Shown here: one piece after another, positions 36,701-45,783 of the stretch
How the letters are laid out: the number at the start of each line of letters is the position of its first letter
Position numbering within the stretch: the stretch's first letter is position 1
NCBI GenBank assembly: GCA_044221725.1
Contig: JBGAON010000001.1
Location: 320,001 to 384,000 of the forward strand
Source: Elusimicrobiota bacterium
GTDB lineage: Bacteria; Elusimicrobiota; Elusimicrobia; F11
Length of the DNA: 64,000 nt
Direction: 5' to 3'
Made by a program: the position numbers and the translations under genes
The notes under the pieces: generated by a model
What the model was told of the DNA's origin: nothing
Database searches by the model: none
The model's input: only the letters and a program-made list of their open reading frames with translations

Positions 36701-39557
36701 TGAACCTCGGTTCAGTTATCCCTTTGGAAAGGAACTCGCCTACGTAGCGCTTGAATTGTTAAAGAATGACCCTCACAAATTTCACCGAGCGTACGAGATT
36801 GGTGTTGAACTGGCGCAAGGCATTCCGCTTGATAGAGCGTTTCACAATCGAAAAGTAAAAATTTTGTTGGCCGATGAAATGCCCGAGGCAAAAATAAATG
36901 CGCTCGTCGCTGAATATGGCGGACTCGTCGAGTTGGTGTCCCAAAACGGAGTTCGAGCCAGCGAAGGAAGAACCGCGAAGCAGAATTTGCTCGAAATTAT
37001 TCGGCGTAAAAAGCCGACGATAATGGTTGTTCGTTCCGGAACAAAACCGGACGGCGAAATTCTCGAAGAAGCGTTTCGACAAAACCCCGGTTTTGAAATT
37101 GTTCGAGCCGGAATGGGGCTTGATGGGGTTGATTTGCAGAAGGCCGATGAGTTGGGGGTTGCTGTTAAGCGGACAGGAGGAAGCGAAAACTCGGTCGCCA
37201 ACTTGGCTCTGCGTTTTTTCTTGGCGGGACTTCGAAAGCAAGACCGGAATTCGACGCGACCCGCAACTGTCCAAGCGGCGCTCGACATCGCAAACGATGC
37301 GGAGTGGAAACAAAAATTGGGCTTAATCAATCTTTTGGAGTTTAGCGGAGCCGCCGAAAAATCCGCAGCGGACGGGCGCGGACGGCTTGCGGATGACGAG
37401 TTCCGCGCAATTTTCGAACCGATGTCCGTTGATCAAGTAAGAAGACTGGTTGAATCCCGTTTTTCTGGCAAGACGATTGGTCTGTATGGTTGGGGCGCCA
37501 TTTCACAAGCTTTTGCGAGCAAGCTCAAAGCCCTGCGAGACCTGACCGGAGGGACGTTTAACATTGCGGCGTATTCACCGGCGCTCCGCAGAGGGCTTGT
37601 GGACGCTCGTGTGAAGGCCGAAGCGCTCGATGTCGAGAGTATGTCCGAGCACGAATTGCTGACGCAAGCGCACGTCATCTCGCTTCACATTCCTCTCGAT
37701 GAATCAACACGCTGGAAATTCGTTCCGGATAGTTTTGTCGGTAATCCGAATATCGAAATGCTTATCAATACGGCGCGACCTTCTATTGTGCAAGCAGCGC
37801 TTGTGGATGCGGCAGTCCGCGATCGCCACGAAGGATTTTTTTACTTTGCAGACGGAAAATTCGCTGAGTTGGACGCCTTGCGTGGCAAATATCCGGCGAA
37901 CGTTTTTATCACACCCCACATCGGCGCAAACACGAAAGACGGAATTGACGGCGTGGAAAAAAACACCGTGCGCACGTTGCGCGCCTCACTTCAGGAGCGC
38001 ATTCGCCGTGGAAAGGGCGATATAACGCTCCTGATTATTCTCGTGGTAACTTTTGGAGCATGGGCTTCAAGGACGTCCTATTTTTTAATCCCTCTGTTGA
38101 GTGTGCTCGCTTTCGCGATTTGGCCACGGATGGCCGGAGGCGCCTTTTTGTTTCCTTCGCCGAACGGTGAAGAAAGTCCTCTGGAAAAAACGGCCGAACA
38201 GAAGCGGGAAGAGATGGGGAGTGGTTTTTCGAGTTCGTTGGGCGTTGATCCAACCGATCTGGAAGTCGGGTCGATTGTTGGCGAGGAATATGTTGCAAAT
38301 GCTCCAACGCTCGAAAGCGAAAGCATTCTGCGGGCCGAGCGTTACATTTTCATCATCGCATTAACGGCCACGGCGCTATTGGGCGCCTTTCGAGTACCCA
38401 TCGAAATGCTTTGGAAGATCAGCGTCATCTTGTTGCTGCTGCCCAACCTTGGCGTTGCGCTCTCCATTGTGGTGCAACATTGGCGTCGCGTCCTGATTAA
38501 AGTGGCCGATGTGCCTTTGTTGTATATGGTGAAGCGCGCCAAATGGAGCGATCGCCTAGCGATTGGCTTCGGTTCGATTTTCTTTAACTTCGTCCCGAGC
38601 TTGCTATTCCTGCTGCCATTGATTGCTTTGTTGTTCGTCTTTGCGCTATTCCCAAATTTCAAACCCGTCGAGCGGCGGGCGTGGGTGTTCCTGCCGTTGT
38701 TTTTCTTTGCGTCTTATTTTCTGGTTCCAAAGCTCGAGCACGTTATTTTGTCGATAAAGATTTATTTGCACACGAAATTTAATGTCTGGCGCGGCAAGAA
38801 GTCGCTAGCGACCGTGCCACCGTCAACGAATGGCATGGCCGACCAGCTCCCCGAGTCACGTTTGGTGGAAACTGTCAGCGCAGACTTACAGGCCCGCTTG
38901 GTTCGCGGGTTGGAAGATGCGGTGCCAAATCTTCCTTCATCCGTTGGTGGCGCAGAGGAATTGACGAATCAGCTTAAACATCATGCGATTCCGGCTGCGG
39001 TGCGGTCGGCGGCCGTAGGTTTGGATCAGGCTTTAAACCGGGCGTTCCAACCGAAAATCAACAATATTCAAATTTTCCACGTCGCTTCACCTGAAGACGT
39101 TCGTGATCTCGAGTCTGTTATTCTCCAAATGAAGAAAAACAACGCGCAGCGCGATGATGGGATCAGCTGCGTATGTGTCGTTCTTGCTCGGGGAGTGGAT
39201 TCCGAAATTGATTGGAGTGTTCAAAAGTTGCGGCGAGCAACCGTTACCTGGGATTGGGTCGAAATCATTAAGGAGGAGCGGTTGATCGCGCCCGGCACGA
39301 ATAAAATCGACTATAAATCACTGTTCAAAATTGCCCAAGAGGGGTTCCTCGCAAAACCGGAGCCGACGAAGCTCTTTCGTGAACTTTATGAGGGCAACTA
39401 CGCGGATAAGCGCCTCGTCGTCTGGGGACATTCCAATATCCGCTACGAGGCCGACGAGAACCTGCTTCCAATTCTTACGCTTGTTGTTCGAGTGGCAGGC
39501 GAAATCTATGGTGTTCTCGATCTGCGGAATTGGCGCGAGCGGGCCACCGCCGCTTGA
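33786..39557 (+). CDS. Large modular membrane protein (~1920 aa): ChaN/TIKI-like N-domain, TM blocks, HExxH motif, D-2-hydroxyacid dehydrogenase-like domain
   Basis: Signal peptide; HIQDIH..Q..EG..GGFH; FHELTHH..E; VRS.TK, RAG.GLDGVD, GKTIG..GWGAI, SLHIPL, INTAR, TPHIGA. Confidence 0.75.
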   Translation: MRPPLLKAVATPLSVVVLATNCLFAHSVEVNFWTERRTTSPTSISARGGEIPARPGLWGISQFGTVRKILKPRGVSKGTVLHIQDIHRNREAQTAISKAVQQLINSDSIDLIALEGAFGPIDLSLFRKFPSRNSVKIVADYLFRENQIAGAIFAAITSDRGGPALIGVDAPSPYAANVNAYKQAKPFVRSRKEEIERSAEKIAVDKKRLFNSKLSTFDADVQRFRSGELSWGYYVRHLCAYSGAIPDDVQGFLSALNMESQIDYAGMESERTALLNKLVGHLTDKQKAELLNASAAYRAGQLGHSDFYLYLKRLSVKRGISLAAYPVFNRYVRYARLADSVDAEKVLEETTAMEKAIYSRLAVTDAEKRLVQKSRELYLIRKLVEFALTKREWEELKLSPWNALIQGPLSSAKMTDLQPFAEFYKQAELRDEAMASNFLNCLRCTKHPVRSAFVLITGGFHSTGIDQRLVDAGYTIVAFVPKISKVESSGGTSYLTVFAQEKTPLEKLFAGEKLFVSPPVVPKNLFPAKIMLDQHVSLLRTKWEGNDERTVTTRARGFGLTTTFARNKIVSSRIVLANEPVPAGTATGHAFGNAGRWYGLRGFLLGGFVNALFAFFVMYPYGDFSNVYVRGGIAAVALFGGVYGVVGFRSIFNTYGNELVGYHLMARTRKIAVEKAARLGLSRPENVLYIPLLKTHIWLNRKFDRSRGIQRWIANPMILSHEIFPYHTFGMIGMVFLPLTLLVQAIWVWNNEWVTHPLERQKLLDQEIRHFVRMTGIADGDANALIRDLRKRTIVVQSRGEAFWRMLVSNTIFFVPLVGALTTVLIFYQQPIEMVVFPAMFGALMIIVLSASSAFGEFLGVALPFLNLILIMDEQMHSDHLRGEVIFHELTHHVFPDWRTGRESVAYAASYMETLRRVERGYSEQTDTELERIRRDISSAPLDQLVKRYKKKAIFTVAQDSLRGDHFVEDTIEPRFSYPFGKELAYVALELLKNDPHKFHRAYEIGVELAQGIPLDRAFHNRKVKILLADEMPEAKINALVAEYGGLVELVSQNGVRASEGRTAKQNLLEIIRRKKPTIMVVRSGTKPDGEILEEAFRQNPGFEIVRAGMGLDGVDLQKADELGVAVKRTGGSENSVANLALRFFLAGLRKQDRNSTRPATVQAALDIANDAEWKQKLGLINLLEFSGAAEKSAADGRGRLADDEFRAIFEPMSVDQVRRLVESRFSGKTIGLYGWGAISQAFASKLKALRDLTGGTFNIAAYSPALRRGLVDARVKAEALDVESMSEHELLTQAHVISLHIPLDESTRWKFVPDSFVGNPNIEMLINTARPSIVQAALVDAAVRDRHEGFFYFADGKFAELDALRGKYPANVFITPHIGANTKDGIDGVEKNTVRTLRASLQERIRRGKGDITLLIILVVTFGAWASRTSYFLIPLLSVLAFAIWPRMAGGAFLFPSPNGEESPLEKTAEQKREEMGSGFSSSLGVDPTDLEVGSIVGEEYVANAPTLESESILRAERYIFIIALTATALLGAFRVPIEMLWKISVILLLLPNLGVALSIVVQHWRRVLIKVADVPLLYMVKRAKWSDRLAIGFGSIFFNFVPSLLFLLPLIALLFVFALFPNFKPVERRAWVFLPLFFFASYFLVPKLEHVILSIKIYLHTKFNVWRGKKSLATVPPSTNGMADQLPESRLVETVSADLQARLVRGLEDAVPNLPSSVGGAEELTNQLKHHAIPAAVRSAAVGLDQALNRAFQPKINNIQIFHVASPEDVRDLESVILQMKKNNAQRDDGISCVCVVLARGVDSEIDWSVQKLRRATVTWDWVEIIKEERLIAPGTNKIDYKSLFKIAQEGFLAKPEPTKLFRELYEGNYADKRLVVWGHSNIRYEADENLLPILTLVVRVAGEIYGVLDLRNWRERATAA

Positions 39558-39697
39558 ACCGCAAGCAAAAATTCCGGTTGCGGCGGTGGGGGGCGATGTG
39601 ATATACACGCACCCTGATTCGAACACCTCCCCTTGTCGTCATCCCCTTGTAATGGCTTTGAGGTTCTGGTGAATTATTTTTTTGGAGTTTATTGTCT

Positions 39698-40132
39698 ATG
39701 GCAAAACCTTTAGCGGCGGAACGTTCATACGAGTGTCTTTTCGTGTGTCCCTCCGACACGCCACAGAAAAACATCGATCTTTTCATTGAGAAGATCAAAA
39801 CAACCATTGCACCGACAAAAGGTGTTTTGCGCAGCGTCCAGATTTGGGGGCGCCGAAAGTTAACTTACTCAATCAAACACCAGAAAGACGGGCTTTATAT
39901 CTTTATCGATTTCACCGGCGAACGCGGCACCGCCGAAGCGTTGCGCGGGCTTTTCCGCGTCACGGATTTCGTGATCCGCAACGTGATCACTGACAAAGTA
40001 AATTTGCGACCGCCCTACGTCCGTAAATTCCCGACGCCCACCGATGGTGCGGCCGAAGGAGCAGCAGCGGCACCGGCGGCGACCGCGACAGCAACTCCCT
40101 CGACAGAAACAACCAAGGTTACTCCCTCATAA
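39698..40132 (+). CDS. rpsF: 30S ribosomal protein S6
   Basis: YE..F, WG.RKL.Y.I....G.Y; rpsF-ssb-rpsR synteny. Confidence 0.93.
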   Translation: MAKPLAAERSYECLFVCPSDTPQKNIDLFIEKIKTTIAPTKGVLRSVQIWGRRKLTYSIKHQKDGLYIFIDFTGERGTAEALRGLFRVTDFVIRNVITDKVNLRPPYVRKFPTPTDGAAEGAAAAPAATATATPSTETTKVTPS

Positions 40133-40146
40133 ATTAGGAGTCCCGA

Positions 40147-40629
40147 ATGGCAAACTTGCGATTGCACAGTCTCAATGACGTAAAAATTGTCGGGCGGTTA
40201 ACGCGCGATCCCGAACTTCGGTACACGCCTCAAGGAACAGCGGTGTGTCATTTTCGTGTGGCGGTCAGCCGCAGCTACAAAGCGCCGAACTCGAACGAAT
40301 GGAAAGAAGAAGTGGCGTTCGTTCCGTGCACCGTGTGGCGAGAAACCGCGGAGCGTTGCGGTCAACGGCTTAAGAAAGGAAGTCCGGTTTTTGTTGAAGG
40401 TCGTTTGAAGTCACGCGAATGGCAAACGAAAGAAGGCCAGAAGCGGACCGATTTGGAAGTCGATATTCAACGCATTCAATTTTTGGAAATGATGGGCGAT
40501 GGTGGTGGCAGTTCGAACGCGGAACCGTCCGGTGATGAATCCGGAGAATCCGCTTCTGTGGGTGCCGGCAGTTTTGGCTCATCTTCTCCTTCAGCACAAT
40601 CACATAACGATGACGAGGTACCATTTTAA
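40147..40629 (+). CDS. ssb: Single-stranded DNA-binding protein
   Basis: GRLTRDPELRYTP, VEGRL, acidic DDEVPF tail. Confidence 0.96.
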   Translation: MANLRLHSLNDVKIVGRLTRDPELRYTPQGTAVCHFRVAVSRSYKAPNSNEWKEEVAFVPCTVWRETAERCGQRLKKGSPVFVEGRLKSREWQTKEGQKRTDLEVDIQRIQFLEMMGDGGGSSNAEPSGDESGESASVGAGSFGSSSPSAQSHNDDEVPF

Positions 40630-41015
40630 TGGAAACATCTGACAAACCTTCGACACCGACCAGTTCGTACCGGCCGAAACCGGCTGGCGCGACCGGCGGA
40701 TACACGCCACGGCCCGCGGGAGCTACGGGTTCCACCGGATACAAACCGGGAGGCCGCCCTCCAATGGGAGCCGGTGGTCCAGGAATGGGTCGCGGTGGTC
40801 GTCCACCAATTCGTCGTCGCGTGTGCCGTATTTGCATGGATCGTCAGGGCGGTGTGGATTGGAAGGCCGCCAATTTCCTGCGCAATTTCATCACCGAGCG
40901 CGGAAAAATTCTTTCGGGTCGTTCCACCGGAACCTGCGCACGATGCCAACGCCAACTTACACAAGCGATTAAACGCGCGCGCAACATTGCGCTGATTCCA
41001 ACGTCGCCAGTTTAA
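40629..41015 (+). CDS. rpsR: 30S ribosomal protein S18 with a low-complexity N-terminal extension
   Basis: CRIC, FITERGKI..R.TG.C...QR.L..AIKRAR. Confidence 0.94.
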   Translation: METSDKPSTPTSSYRPKPAGATGGYTPRPAGATGSTGYKPGGRPPMGAGGPGMGRGGRPPIRRRVCRICMDRQGGVDWKAANFLRNFITERGKILSGRSTGTCARCQRQLTQAIKRARNIALIPTSPV

Positions 41016-41041
41016 ACGCCCTTCGAACCGAGGTTATTACT

Positions 41042-41572
41042 ATGCCACAGTCCGTTATTCTTCTTGCCGATGTCCCAGGTTTGGGGCAGCTCGGCGATCA
41101 CTGCAAAGTTAAAGAAGGCTTTGCGCGCAACTATTTAATTCCCGAGCGTCTCGCTATGTACGCGACGACCGATGCGCTTAAGCGTTTCGAAAAACAGAAA
41201 GCGAAGCTCGTTCAAGAGCGCGAGAAGCAACTGGCGCGTTCGAAATCTCTTTCCGAAAAAATTGGCCAAGTCGGTCTCGTGTTTGATCGGCCGGTTGGTC
41301 AAGGCGGTCGTTTGTTCGGATCCGTCACACCGATGGATATCGCCGCTGAGCTCTCGAAACAAGGCGCTTCGGTGGAAAAGAAATCCATCCTCATGAATGG
41401 CCCGATCAAAACAATTGGGGATCATTCCATCCGTGTCCGCATTCATTCTCAAGTTGTTGTTGATGTTCCTGTGAAAGTGATCGGTCGCGAAGCCAAGAAA
41501 ACCAGCGAACACGCGGAGCACGCGGACTCGCTTGTTGAAACGCCGTTCGGCGAGCCGGACGAAGATTATTAA
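41042..41572 (+). CDS. rplI: 50S ribosomal protein L9
   Basis: VILL.DV..LG..G...VK.GFARNYLIP, LFGSVT. Confidence 0.95.
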   Translation: MPQSVILLADVPGLGQLGDHCKVKEGFARNYLIPERLAMYATTDALKRFEKQKAKLVQEREKQLARSKSLSEKIGQVGLVFDRPVGQGGRLFGSVTPMDIAAELSKQGASVEKKSILMNGPIKTIGDHSIRVRIHSQVVVDVPVKVIGREAKKTSEHAEHADSLVETPFGEPDEDY

Positions 41573-41573
41573 A

Positions 41574-41658
41574 GCCGTCGTCCTGGCACGTCGTTAGCCA
41601 GGATCCGTTTTTCCTAGATTAACTTGGGCCCTGGATTGAGACGTTCCAGGGCGACGAC
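41574..41658. repeat. Inverted doublet of CGTC-tagged REP-like palindromes
   Basis: CGTCGTCCTGGC-n9-GCCAGGATCC (+) and CGTCGCCCTGGA-n9-TCCAGGGCCC (-). Confidence 0.65.
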
Positions 41659-41725
41659 TTGTTTCCGATGACGATCTCTTGCGGATCGCCCTTTTCTTCC
41701 CGAATAGTATAATCGTTCACCCCTT

Positions 41726-43093
41726 ATGACCGAACAAAACGAAAGTTTACCCCCGCACAGTCTCGAAGCTGAGATGGCTGTTTTGGGCAGTATGCTCGTC
41801 GAGCGCGACGCGGTTGTGAAGGCCGCCGACATTCTTAAAGCCGACGACTTCTACAAAGAAAACCACCGTAAAATTTTTGCCGCGATCATGCGGCTTAGCC
41901 ACTCGAATGTTGAAGCCGATATCATTACCGTTGGCGAGGCGCTAAAGAATGAAGTGGGCTTCGGAAGTTCGGGCGGCCCGGCGCTGCTCTTGGAATTGGC
42001 CGAACGCGTGCCGACCGCTCTGCACGTTGAACACTACGCAAAAATTGTCCACGAGAAGGCGCTGTTGCGGGCGCTCATCACGAACGCGCGCGATTTGATT
42101 CGCGACGCGCATTCCGACAAAATTCCGGCGAACGAGCTCGTCGATAAAGCGCAAGAACACTTCTTTACTGTGGGTCAACAAAAGGCGCGCCGCGATTTTT
42201 ATAGCGCGGGCGATTTGATGCAAAGCGCTGTTGAATCGCTCGAGCAAATGGCGAACGCCGGAAAACTTGTGACCGGTGTGCCCACCGGTTATATTGAACT
42301 CGATACGATGATGGCGGGGCTTCAGCCGGCGAATATGATCATCGTCGCCGGTCGTCCGTCGATGGGGAAAACATCGCTCGTTATGAACATGGCGGAACAT
42401 GTGGCGATCGATAACAAAACGCCGGTGGTTTTCTTCTCGCTGGAAATGAGTCAGCAGGAATTGGCGTTGCGGCTTCTGTGTTCGCGGGCTCTGTTGAACA
42501 TGGGCGAAGTTCGTCGGGGATATCTTGCTCGCAAGAATTGGCCTCGTATCACCAGCACCGCGTCCGAAATTGCCGAAGCTCCGCTCTATTTTGATTTTTC
42601 CACTTCACCGACGGTTCTTGAAATTCGCTCCGCATCGCGGCGCTATGCGCACGAACTTCAGCGGAAAAATATGAAGCTGGGATTGATCATCATCGATTAC
42701 TTGCAGCTCATGCGCGGGGACGGATCGATTGAAAGTCGCCAACAAGAAATTTCTGAAATCTCCCGAAGCTTGAAAGGTCTCGCGCGCGAACTGAATGTTC
42801 CCGTGATCGCGCTCTCTCAGCTAAACCGCAAACCCGAAGATCGCACGCGCGACGGTCGCCCGCAATTGTCCGACTTGCGTGAGTCGGGCGCTATCGAACA
42901 AGATGCCGACGTTGTTATGGCCATTTACCGCGAAGAAGTGTACAAACGGGATGACCCGGATCTTAAGGGCAAGGCGAAAATTTTTGTGTTGAAACAACGT
43001 AACGGTCCGATCGGTGATGTATCGCTGACGTTCCTGGATGAGTGCACGCGATTTGTTAACCCTGAGCGAGAGCTTGAACCCACCCCCGTCTAA
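41726..43093 (+). CDS. dnaB: Replicative DNA helicase (no intein)
   Basis: PPHSLEAE, GRPSMGKT, IDYLQLM, LSQLNR, DLRESGAIEQDAD, KQRNGP. Confidence 0.97.
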   Translation: MTEQNESLPPHSLEAEMAVLGSMLVERDAVVKAADILKADDFYKENHRKIFAAIMRLSHSNVEADIITVGEALKNEVGFGSSGGPALLLELAERVPTALHVEHYAKIVHEKALLRALITNARDLIRDAHSDKIPANELVDKAQEHFFTVGQQKARRDFYSAGDLMQSAVESLEQMANAGKLVTGVPTGYIELDTMMAGLQPANMIIVAGRPSMGKTSLVMNMAEHVAIDNKTPVVFFSLEMSQQELALRLLCSRALLNMGEVRRGYLARKNWPRITSTASEIAEAPLYFDFSTSPTVLEIRSASRRYAHELQRKNMKLGLIIIDYLQLMRGDGSIESRQQEISEISRSLKGLARELNVPVIALSQLNRKPEDRTRDGRPQLSDLRESGAIEQDADVVMAIYREEVYKRDDPDLKGKAKIFVLKQRNGPIGDVSLTFLDECTRFVNPERELEPTPV

Positions 43094-43130
43094 GCCCGCA
43101 CCCTCCGCGGACTCCTCGTCGTCGGTAAAA

Positions 43131-44240
43131 ATGTACCGGCCGACGTGGGTGGAAATTTCCACACGCGCATTCTCCTCCAATCTTCGTCAATTAAAGCTGC
43201 TGGCGGGCCCCGGTGTAGCGGTCATGGCTGTTCTCAAGGCCGATGCTTACGGTCATGGTGGAAAACCATTGGCCAAGCGCGCCGTCGAGGACGGTGCATC
43301 GTTAATTGGGGTGTCGAGTCTCGAAGAAGGAATTGCGCTGCGCGAGTGCGGAATTGAAGCTCCCATCCTATTGCTCGGAGGAATATATCCGCTCGAAAAT
43401 TTTGCCGTAGCGATTGAAAACAATCTGACGCCCACCGTCTCAAGTCTCGATGCGGTTAAGTCGCTCGGTGAAATAGCGAGCGCGCGCAAAATAAAAGTTT
43501 CGTTTCATTTGAAGGTGGACACCGGCATGGGCCGCATCGGCGTGTCGCCGATCGGAGCCAAAACAATCTTTTCGTGGCTTAGCGGCCAGCCGCAATTGAA
43601 CTTGGCCGGCGTCTACAGTCACTTCGCATGCGCGGATTCGGATCCCACGGTGACGCAAGACCAATTGCGCGATTTCTTAAGCGTGCGTGAGCTTGCGACC
43701 GGTTTCGGATTTAAAAATACCAAGTTCCACATCGCCAATTCGGCCGCGGCCATTCGTTATCCCGAAAGTCGCCTTGATCTTATTCGTCCGGGCATCGCAC
43801 TTTATGGCGTTCCAACCGTTTCAGTGGCAGAGGATATTCATTTGCAGCCGGTGCTTAGTTGGCATTCCCGAATTGTGTTTCTGAAAAAAGTCCCGAGCGG
43901 AACACCGATTAGTTATGGGGCATCGTTTCGCACGAAACGGGAATCGGTGATTGCGACGTTGCCCGTTGGGTACGCGGACGGAATTCCGCGTCTTGCGTCC
44001 AATAAAGGATTTGTTCTGATTAAAGGACGACGGTGTCCGATTGTCGGGCGTGTGACCATGGATCATATTATGGTGGACGTTACCGACATTCCGGTGGACA
44101 TTGGAGAAATTGTCACGTTAATTGGTCGACAAAGCGATGCTGTGATCTCGGCTTCCGAATGGGGCGCGTGGGCCGATACAATTTCCTATGAGATTTTTTG
44201 CGGCATTTCGAAACGCGTGCCTCGGATCGTGACCCAATGA
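43131..44240 (+). CDS. alr: Alanine racemase
   Basis: VLKADAYGHG, VDTGMGRIG, SHFACAD, GYADG, GRVTMD. Confidence 0.95.
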   Translation: MYRPTWVEISTRAFSSNLRQLKLLAGPGVAVMAVLKADAYGHGGKPLAKRAVEDGASLIGVSSLEEGIALRECGIEAPILLLGGIYPLENFAVAIENNLTPTVSSLDAVKSLGEIASARKIKVSFHLKVDTGMGRIGVSPIGAKTIFSWLSGQPQLNLAGVYSHFACADSDPTVTQDQLRDFLSVRELATGFGFKNTKFHIANSAAAIRYPESRLDLIRPGIALYGVPTVSVAEDIHLQPVLSWHSRIVFLKKVPSGTPISYGASFRTKRESVIATLPVGYADGIPRLASNKGFVLIKGRRCPIVGRVTMDHIMVDVTDIPVDIGEIVTLIGRQSDAVISASEWGAWADTISYEIFCGISKRVPRIVTQ

Positions 44241-45025
44241 CCTGGATTGCTTGGCTCGGTGCCGTCACATTGGACACAGCGGAGGCCCTGGGCCGCGTGG
44301 CCGCAATGGTTCGAAAATCTTTTTCGCTTATTTCCAAAGGCAAATGGGAGCCGGCGCTCTCGGTCACACAAATGAACGAGATTGGCGTGGCCTCTTTTCC
44401 GGTGGTTGGTCTCACTTCTCTTTTTACGGGCATGGTGCTGGCGTTTCAAAGTGGTTTCTCGTTTATGAAGGTTTTCAACGAGCCAATTTACGTCGGTTCC
44501 GTGGTCGGCCTGTCTCTGGTGAAGGAGCTGGGGCCTGTTTTGACATCGGTTGTTATCGCGGGGCGCGTCGGTGCCGCAATTACGGCCGAGCTCGGAACCA
44601 TGAACGTGACGGAGCAGATCGACGCGTTGTACACGCTGGGAACAAGTCCGGTTCGCTATTTGGCCGTACCCCGTTACATTGCGATGATGATCATGGTGCC
44701 GATTCTCGCGGCGCTCGCAAACATTATCGGAATCATTGGTGGTTGGATTGTGGCCGTGTCGCAATTAAAAATTCCCGGCAGTGTGTATTGGGATGAAGTG
44801 CGAACGTTCGTGGAACTCAACGACGTTTCGCACGGCATAATAAAATCTTTTTTCTTCGGGCTTATCATTGTCACGACTTCCTGTTACATGGGATTCAATT
44901 GCTCGGGAGGCGCCGAAGGCGTGGGGCGAGCCACGACGCGCGGCGTCGTTATTTCGATGGTTCTCATTCTTGTTGGAGACTATTTTTTGAGCGCGCTCTT
45001 GGTGTCGGTGGGTATTGGCGGATGA
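44237..45025 (+). CDS. mlaE: MlaE-family ABC permease
   Basis: ELGPV...AGRVGAAITAELGTM.VTEQIDAL and GA.GVG.ATT. Confidence 0.92.
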   Translation: MTWIAWLGAVTLDTAEALGRVAAMVRKSFSLISKGKWEPALSVTQMNEIGVASFPVVGLTSLFTGMVLAFQSGFSFMKVFNEPIYVGSVVGLSLVKELGPVLTSVVIAGRVGAAITAELGTMNVTEQIDALYTLGTSPVRYLAVPRYIAMMIMVPILAALANIIGIIGGWIVAVSQLKIPGSVYWDEVRTFVELNDVSHGIIKSFFFGLIIVTTSCYMGFNCSGGAEGVGRATTRGVVISMVLILVGDYFLSALLVSVGIGG

Positions 45026-45783
45026 TCAAGATCGAAGGTGTCGAAAAGGCGTTCGGGCGCAACCGCGTGTTGCGCGGTGTCGATCTTGAAATCAAAGAGG
45101 GTGAAACGCTCACCATCATGGGTGGGTCCGGTACCGGAAAAAGTGTGCTCATCAAGCACATGGTGGGGCTGTTGAAGCCGGACCATGGACGTATATATGT
45201 CGACAACAAAGAAATCACAAATATGAACGAAGATCAGTTGTTTCAGATTCAGCGGCGCTTCGGGTATTTGTTTCAAGGCGCTGCGTTGTTCGATTCGTTA
45301 ACGGTGGGAGAAAATATTTCGTTTGGAATTCAGAATCTTCGACCCGACGTGAAGAATTTAAAAGATGTGGTGGTGGAAAAACTTGCGCTCGTGGGACTGC
45401 GGCCAGAAGTAGCCAACCTTAAGCCGGCCGAGTTATCCGGAGGAATGAAAAAACGCGTTGGATTGGCGCGTGCGATCGCCTATGAGCCAGATTATATTTT
45501 GTACGATGAACCAACGACGGGATTGGATCCGATCATGTCCGATGTGATCAACGATTTGATTCTTGGACTGCAAAAAAAGTTGGGCGTGACGTCCGTGGTC
45601 GTCACGCACGACATGACATCGGCGTATAAGATCTCCAACCGCATGGCGATGCTGTATCAAGGGAAAATCGTGGCGATCGGCACGCCCGCGGAAATTCGGA
45701 ACACGTCCAACCCGTTGGTGAAGCAATTCATCACCGGCTCCTCTCAAGGGCCGATCCAAATGCAAATAAGGGCGGTTGAATAG
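45022..45783 (+). CDS. mlaF: MlaF/Mkl ABC ATPase
   Basis: GGSGTGKS, FQGAALFDS, LSGGMKKRV, YDEPTTGLDP. Confidence 0.93.
   Translation: MIKIEGVEKAFGRNRVLRGVDLEIKEGETLTIMGGSGTGKSVLIKHMVGLLKPDHGRIYVDNKEITNMNEDQLFQIQRRFGYLFQGAALFDSLTVGENISFGIQNLRPDVKNLKDVVVEKLALVGLRPEVANLKPAELSGGMKKRVGLARAIAYEPDYILYDEPTTGLDPIMSDVINDLILGLQKKLGVTSVVVTHDMTSAYKISNRMAMLYQGKIVAIGTPAEIRNTSNPLVKQFITGSSQGPIQMQIRAVE

Noticed and set aside
39600..39697. Possible S6:S18 autoregulatory leader
   Set aside because: Position fits, but I could not identify the CCG-containing stem that pairs with the RBS
41726..43093. Intein in dnaB
   Set aside because: Normal length (455 aa) with contiguous helicase motifs
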